A stretch of 64,000 nucleotides of DNA from the human T2T-CHM13v2.0 reference genome, Homo sapiens: assembly GCF_009914755.1 (NCBI RefSeq), contig NC_060925.1. One strand, given 5' to 3'. Numbering within the stretch: the first letter of the stretch is position 1; every line of letters starts with the position of its first letter. The notes beneath the pieces are model-generated. The model was given only the letters and a program-made list of their open reading frames with translations, had not been told where the DNA came from and did no database searches. Positions 57,811 through 64,000 of this stretch are shown here, in pieces. The position numbers were made by a program, and so were the translations under genes.

Positions 57811-59145
57811 TCATGCCATTTTAATCATTTTAAAGCCTATGCACATAAGTAATTTACCTAGGAAAGGGTTGCCAAAGTGGAGACTTCAGAGGCCCTGACT
57901 TGCTGGAGAACCTACCTGGTAGTGGAGACACTGAGAAAATAGGTAGCCACTTGTTGACTGCTGTAGGTGGCTGTCCATTTGAGGTCAGGAGCCTGTGAAC
58001 TCCCAATTCCTTTGACCAAGAGGGGCAGTTACAAGCAAAGCAGTTATAAGACAGCTCCCAAGAAGGAGTTGCAACTCGCTGTTAGGAAAATAATACTTCT
58101 AACTTTAGGACAGAAAAGGGCAAGACTAATACTTCCCTAGGGAGAGGGGCTATAACCCACAGTCCTAAAGGAATGTCAATGCCAAAAACCCCAGCGCATC
58201 TTGGGTGCAGTCTATAATACCAATGCTGTAAACCCAGAGTGCCTGCATTTCAGCCAACGAGGGTCCCTTCACCAATGCCAAAAACCCTAGTGCACCCCGG
58301 GTGCAGCCAACAGTGTCCCATGACTGAGTTGAGGTCACAGAATGTGACTGTGGTGTCCCAGAGTCAACACACTGGGGGGACCTCTCACAACTAAGTGTCC
58401 CACCTTAAATAATTGCCACACACAGTTGACAGAAAGTTAAAAGCAAACAATAAGACTGCACACATTTTAGGATTGAAAATGAAATGACTGGTGGAATAAT
58501 GAACTAGAAGGGCAAGGACCAGTGGAAGAGGTGCTCAGGATGTGTTTCAGGGCACACTAACGATGGGGGCTTTTAACTGACCACTTAGCCAAAGGCTTTT
58601 GTTCCCTAGCTTACCTGATAATTATGGGGGGTGGTAGAGGGGACACACCCATCCACAGAAGCCAAAATGTGACTGGTCTTCCACATGGGATTTGGGTCTT
58701 CATCCAGGTTCCCTCATCTAGAGTGGGCTCAGCTGCTGCAGTGGGAGGGGCTTGCACAGGGGCTGGTAACCTACTGGTCTGCCTGTCAGAGCAGTGGGTC
58801 CCATATGAGGCAGTGGCATTATGGCCACTTGCTCGTCTGCTCAGCTGTGCTGTCTGCCAGGGAAAATGATGACTCTCAAAAGAGCTTTTGATTAGTGTTA
58901 GAGCTCAGGTTTTACAGCTCTGCTTAGTTACCTCTCTGGTCATCTCACCTGCTGCCATGTCTTGCTGTCTTGTTTTGTTAACTGCTGTCTCTCATTGTCC
59001 CTTGCTGTTTTCTTGCTGTTTCTCTGACTGCCATCTCTCATTGGCTCTTGCCAATCACCTTCTCTCCATCTCTGCTGTTGCATCATCTTGCCTCTCCTCC
59101 AGTCACTGCCATCTCTGCTTTCTTCATCCCTTCGTGGTCACCAGA

Positions 59146-59624
59146 TGATTCAGGACAGGGAAGCCCCCAAATTGGGGATTAGCCCAGGAAGGTTCTTGGC
59201 TTCACCTAGGAAAGAATTCAAGGGCAAGCTGGTGGTGTTAAACAGCAACTTTTATTGAATTGACTGTATACAGCAGCAGCAGAAGTACTGCTCTTTGAGG
59301 AACAGGGCTACCCCACAGGCAGGGTGCCTAGAGCAGCAGCTCAGAGGCAGTTCTGCAGTCATACCCACTTTTAATTATATGCAAATTAAGGGGTGGTTTA
59401 CGCAGAAATTTCTAGGAAAATGGTGGTAACTTCCAGGTTGCTGGATCCTTGTCATGGAAAGGGGTGGTAACTTCCAGGTGTTGCCATGGCAGTGCTAAAC
59501 TGACAAGGCACGCTGGTGGGCATGTCTTACAGAAACTGCTCCTGACCTGTTTTATGTGGGCATGCATATGGTTCGGTGTCAGAGCCCTGCCTCCGGAATC
59601 AATTGAGTCCTGTCTCCTTCCTTA
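59146..59624 (-). mobile_element. 5' LTR (MER66-like)
   Basis: Homologous to 52129-52652; followed on the minus strand by TGG-initiated PBS; AATAAA on minus strand at 59251-59256. Confidence 0.8.
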
Positions 59625-60586
59625 TATTCAAACTAGATTTTTATTATCTAATTGAAAAAATTAAATTAGTGGTAATACTAGCTCTTTTGTCTTTTTCTGC
59701 CATGTATTGTTTTAAGTAGCCATACACTTCATTTAGTAAATCAACTTGTTCTGTAAAGCACTCTAAGGTGGAAGTTGGATGGGGACCAAATTGCTGTCTT
59801 CCTAAAGGGAGGTTTGGAAATGGCTCTACTTCCTTTGAAGAAAAGAAGAAATAGTCCCAGAAGTTATGGATATTTCATGTTAGTGCTCAAAAGCATGCTC
59901 TTATGTAGCAAATATAAACTAAATGAGACTTATATTGTTTACCAGAGTTTCCTATCTAATAGATTTTGTACACTTCTCAATATAGTGTTAGTGAACACAT
60001 CAAAACTTTGTTTTAGGAATACAGAAATGATTCAATAATGGAATAAATGTCTGTATTCATTATTCAGTTTAAGAGGAAAAAAAGTCACAAGATTGGATGC
60101 CCTTCCTCAGTATTCCTTCTCTTGTCTTCAGATATAACCACTGTCTTGAATTTAGTATTTTTTTTGTTTAGTTTTAGAGCTTTTCAAATAAGTATAAATA
60201 ATATATATTATATGGCATAGTTTAATATAAATGACATTCTTAAGTAACATTTTATTCAACATTGTTTTGAGATTTGTTCATTGTTTCCACTGCTCTGTTT
60301 ATAGTGACTACTGCAGTTCATCCATTCCTCATTTAATGGATATTTAGGTTATTATTTTTGGTATTAAAAGCAATGCTCTAATGAACATTCTTATGCATAT
60401 CTTTTGGACACACATGAGTGTTTTCACTTAGATTTATACATGGGGTGTATTTAGGGATTATGCACATCTTAATATTGTTAAATTTTAAACTCCTTTTAGC
60501 ATAGATTTCTCTTGGCTCAACAGATATTTCACACTTGGCCACAGACTATCACACTTTAAACTCCATTAGATTTGTATAATTTATGT

Positions 60587-60920
60587 CAGCATGCCCCAAC
60601 CCCCAGGCCACAGACCAGCACCAGTCCATGGCCTGTTAGGAACCAGGCGCACGACAGGTGGTGAGCAGCAGGTAAGCAAGCATTATCGCCTGAATTCTGC
60701 CTCCTGTCATATCAGTGGTGGCATTAGAATCTTATATGAGTGTGAACCCTATTGTGAACTGCACATGTGAGGGATCTAGGTTGTGCACTCCTTATGAGAA
60801 TCTAATGCCTTATGATCTAAGGTGGAACAGTTCATCCCAAAACCATCTCCCTGCCCCATCCATGGGAAAACTGTTTTCCATGAAACTGGTCCCTGGTTTC
60901 AGAAAAGTTGTGGACCACTG
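60587..60920 (+). mobile_element. MER1B DNA transposon within old L1
   Basis: CAG...CTG TIRs; 8-bp TSD atttatgt/atttatat. Confidence 0.85.
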
Positions 60921-61726
60921 ATTTATATGATATCTCAGGCTTTCATTTGGATTCCATGATTATTACTGAAATTGTATTTCTTTTTACAAATTTATTGATT
61001 TTATTCTTTGCTTCCCACCCACCCCATCCCCTTATTTGATTTGCTGATACTCTTTATACTTAATAATAATTCTTTGTTGACTGAATGTATTGCAGATACT
61101 TCTCTCAGTGTGTGACTTATTCGTCCATGTCATTTATGGTTAACCTAACCAAATGTATCAGCTTTTAAAAATGATTTATGCATTCTGCATCTTATTAACA
61201 TGATTTATAAAGATTTTTAAATTTTCTTCTAAAATGTAAAGTTTTGTTTTTTCACATTTAGAATTTTTAATTTGCCTTAAAATTTTTGTGTACACAGTGT
61301 TTCTTTTTAAGGATATTGTGGAAATAATATTAAAACATCTAAAATTATCTAGCTTCCTTTAATGGATGTATTAACTTATATTTTAAGGTGGATGCATGGC
61401 AAGTATACAATTTATTCATTTGTACAGGCTATATATGAGTAATTGTTTGCTTTAGAGTTTTATAAATTATTTTTTTCAACGACCTATGCTTATATCACTT
61501 AACAAGTGAAGGAACACATCCTAAAAAGAATGTTTAAATTATCTCAAGAGAAATTCAACTTTTAAGTAAACCAAAACCTTTCTTTTTACGTTTTTTATTT
61601 TTTCAAAATATAATCATTCATTATAAATTGGAACTTTAATTTGACAGAAACATTTGTATTTATTTCTAAAATTTATTTGTATTATTTGAAAGTTGAAGTC
61701 TTCTTACTTTTTGGTGTTTCTTTCAG

Positions 61727-61850
61727 AGCTCTGATTATACAAAACCAGGAGACATTGACCCTACATCAGTAGCAAGTCCCAAAGATCCAGAAGATATACC
61801 AACATTTGATGAATGGAAGAAGAAAGTTATGGAAGTAGAAAAAGAAAAAA
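61727..61850 (+). CDS. SUCO: SUCO exon 7 ([41 protein letters not shown])
   Basis: tttcag|AGC acceptor, A|gtaagg donor, 124 nt; FDEWK motif typical of the SUCO/Slp1 family. Confidence 0.95.
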
Positions 61851-62314
61851 GTAAGGAAGTATTTGAGTTCTTTAAATTTTTTTTTTAAGTATATGGTGTA
61901 GTTTAATATGCTTTCTTTTTTTGATTGGTAAAACAAAATAAAATTTACTTTTGAAAACTTTTTAAAGGTGAAACTTAACCAAGTTGCTGTTGATCCATCC
62001 ATCCATCATGTACCTGTATATAATTACATACAGTTTTAGTTTTAATTAAAATCCATTCTTGTAAATTATTAAGTGAGCATAAAATAAGGCATAGCAGTGA
62101 TTTTCATCACAATACGAGGAAAATTGAGGCATGGAAACTATTTTAAAATTCATATGGAACTCAAAAAGAACTTGCATAAAATCCTTGGGTTTAAAATATT
62201 CTTTAACTTACCAAAAGGTGTTTTACATATGATGTTTCAAGAACATACCTAAAGAAAAGCTTGCTTATGTTATGAGGCAGAGGAGGGTGACTAAAATTAT
62301 AATTTATTCCCTGT

Positions 62315-62420
62315 GTGATGGGTTATTAGGTGCAGCACACCACCATGGCACATGTTTACCTATGTAACAAACCTGCACATCTTGCGTGTGTACCCCAGAG
62401 CTTAAAAAAAAAACAATAAA
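62315..62420 (+). mobile_element. L1PA 3'-end fragment
   Basis: GGTGCAGCACACCACCATGGCACATG...AACCTGCACAT + poly-A. Confidence 0.85.
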
Positions 62421-62754
62421 ATAATGTAAGAAATACATCCTTAATAGATGTTTATAATAGATATAAATACAGAAAGCTTTGATTCTCATGGACAAGCTTC
62501 ATTTTGTGAGTTATGTTACTTAGACATAAGTAATGTAGAATTTTGTAGTTAATTTGTTTTGGGGGGATATTTTAAGCTATTGAGGTGGAGCACTTTGATT
62601 TTTTTATGAATTTTTAAAATATTCTCTCAAGTGTTAAAACCTATTCTTTTCTAGAAGACAGCTTATTGCTTTGGAGATCAGTGTTGCTAGAGGTATTTTC
62701 AGTCATAATCATCAAATATATATATAAATATTTATAATAACGGTTTGTCTGCAG

Positions 62755-62879
62755 GTCAGTCGATGCATGCATCTTCTAATGGAGGTTCACATGCCACCAA
62801 AAAGGTCCAGAAAAATCGAAATAATTATGCCTCAGTAGAATGTGGTGCCAAAATTCTAGCAGCTAATCCAGAAGCCAAG
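62755..62879 (+). CDS. SUCO: SUCO exon 8 ([10 protein letters not shown]...[21 protein letters not shown]), start of SUN domain
   Basis: ctgcag|GT acceptor, AAG|gtaggt donor, 125 nt; NYAS..CGAKI is the N-terminal motif of Slp1-type SUN domains. Confidence 0.95.
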
Positions 62880-63370
62880 GTAGGTGTTTAAATATAAAAT
62901 TTTGTATATATAGGAAATTAACGACTTTTTAAAATACAGGTTATTTGTTTACTGGGAACTATATTTTAATGTGAGATATTTTCCTTATTCACTAATAAAA
63001 GCAGAATATACTTTTCAAAACATTATCTTGTATGAATTCTTACTTATATTGGCTGATGTATTTTGCCCTGCATTTTTTAACTTTTAAAACCCGTATGAAA
63101 TTTTAAAAAGGAAATAACTAAAATATTATTTTTTTCTTTAAAGTAACAGGCATTGAATTTTAAATGTATCATTGTAACACTAATTTAATGCTGTTGCCGT
63201 GAATGGTGAATCTTAGCCACTTTTATGCTTTTTTCCCAAGTGAGTGTTTTAAAGTCTTAGGTGTACTTAAGATCTAAAAATACAGAAGTCCCAGAAAACT
63301 TTAAAGTTAAAATAAATACTTTCTTCATTATTCCTTAAGTAATTTGTTTCCTTTCCTCTTTTTAAAATAG

Positions 63371-63438
63371 AGCACATCTGCTATTCTTATAGAAAATATG
63401 GATCTTTACATGTTGAATCCTTGCAGCACTAAAATTTG
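63371..63438 (+). CDS. SUCO: SUCO exon 9 (STSAILIENMDLYMLNPCSTKIW), SUN domain
   Basis: aaatag|AGC acceptor, TG|gtgagt donor, 68 nt; YMLNPC motif. Confidence 0.95.
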
Positions 63439-63823
63439 GTGAGTTATACACAATTTTAAAAAGTACATTCTACATATATATGCATATTATGTTAAGCTTT
63501 TACATTAGGGTTACATATAATAATTTAATAAGCTTTTATGATTGATTAGTGCTGATACTATGCAAAACTGAGGACAAAATGCCTTCCTTTCCTTTTGAGG
63601 AGGTCACAAAAAGCAAAAAATGGCAGATCTGGTTAAACAATTATGAAATGGTATAAAAAGTACTGTTGAAAGGGTGTTATTGAAAGAGTGATGATGCGTA
63701 ACTGCAAGAGGAGATGAGAGAAGGCTTCCTGGAAGAGGTAATTCCTGAGCTGAATCTTGAAGGATTAATAGGAAGTGGCAGATGAATGAGGCAGAGGTAT
63801 TCAGGAACTGTAAGAATAAGGGG

Positions 63824-64000
63824 GGTACTGCTGCCATCTCGGCACACTGCAGCCTCCCTGCCTGATTCTCCTGCCTCAGCCTGCGGAGTGCCTGCGATTG
63901 CAGGCGCGCGCCACCACGCCTGACTGGTTTTCGTATTTTTTTGGTGGAGACGGGGTTTCGCTGTGTTGGCCGGGCTGGTCTCCAGCTCCTAACTGCGAGT
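63824..64000 (+). mobile_element. SVA retrotransposon, 5'-truncated (Alu-like domain), continues beyond window
   Basis: GTACTGCTGCCATCTCGG...GAGTGCCTGCGATTGCAGGCGCGCG...GGTCTCCAGCTCCTAAC is the SVA Alu-like region, not a normal Alu; no (CCCTCT)n head. Confidence 0.9.

Noticed and set aside
63824-64000. Antisense Alu at the window end
   Set aside because: Diagnostic SVA-specific sequence; reassigned to SVA

Overview
Human (hominoid) genomic DNA. The window holds about 25 kb of repeat-rich upstream sequence, then the CpG-island promoter and first nine coding exons of SUCO (SUN domain-containing ossification factor, C1orf9) on the + strand. I spliced the exons by hand (26143-26204, 44220-44334, 45968-46078, 48577-48731, 49988-50125, 50352-50502, 61727-61850, 62755-62879, 63371-63438). 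All introns are GT-AG and phase-consistent, giving 349 codons: signal peptide, Ser/Glu-rich low-complexity region, then the start of the SUN domain. The gene continues past the window. Points worth checking: (1) a two-uORF 5' leader in which uORF2 ends in five Arg codons and its stop overlaps the SUCO start (ATGA); (2) an upstream ORF that can be joined in frame to extend the N-terminus by about 197 aa; (3) a 444-nt phase-0 block (exons 4-6) flanked by inverted Alus, a circRNA candidate with a stop-free frame; (4) candidate poison exons in intron 6; (5) an antisense two-LTR MER66-type provirus with a decayed ERV-V-like env and nested MaLR and Alu insertions; (6) a 5'-truncated sense SVA in intron 9. 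Repeat family names come from recalled consensus sequences, not a database search. I found no prokaryote-type system, CRISPR array or RNA gene.
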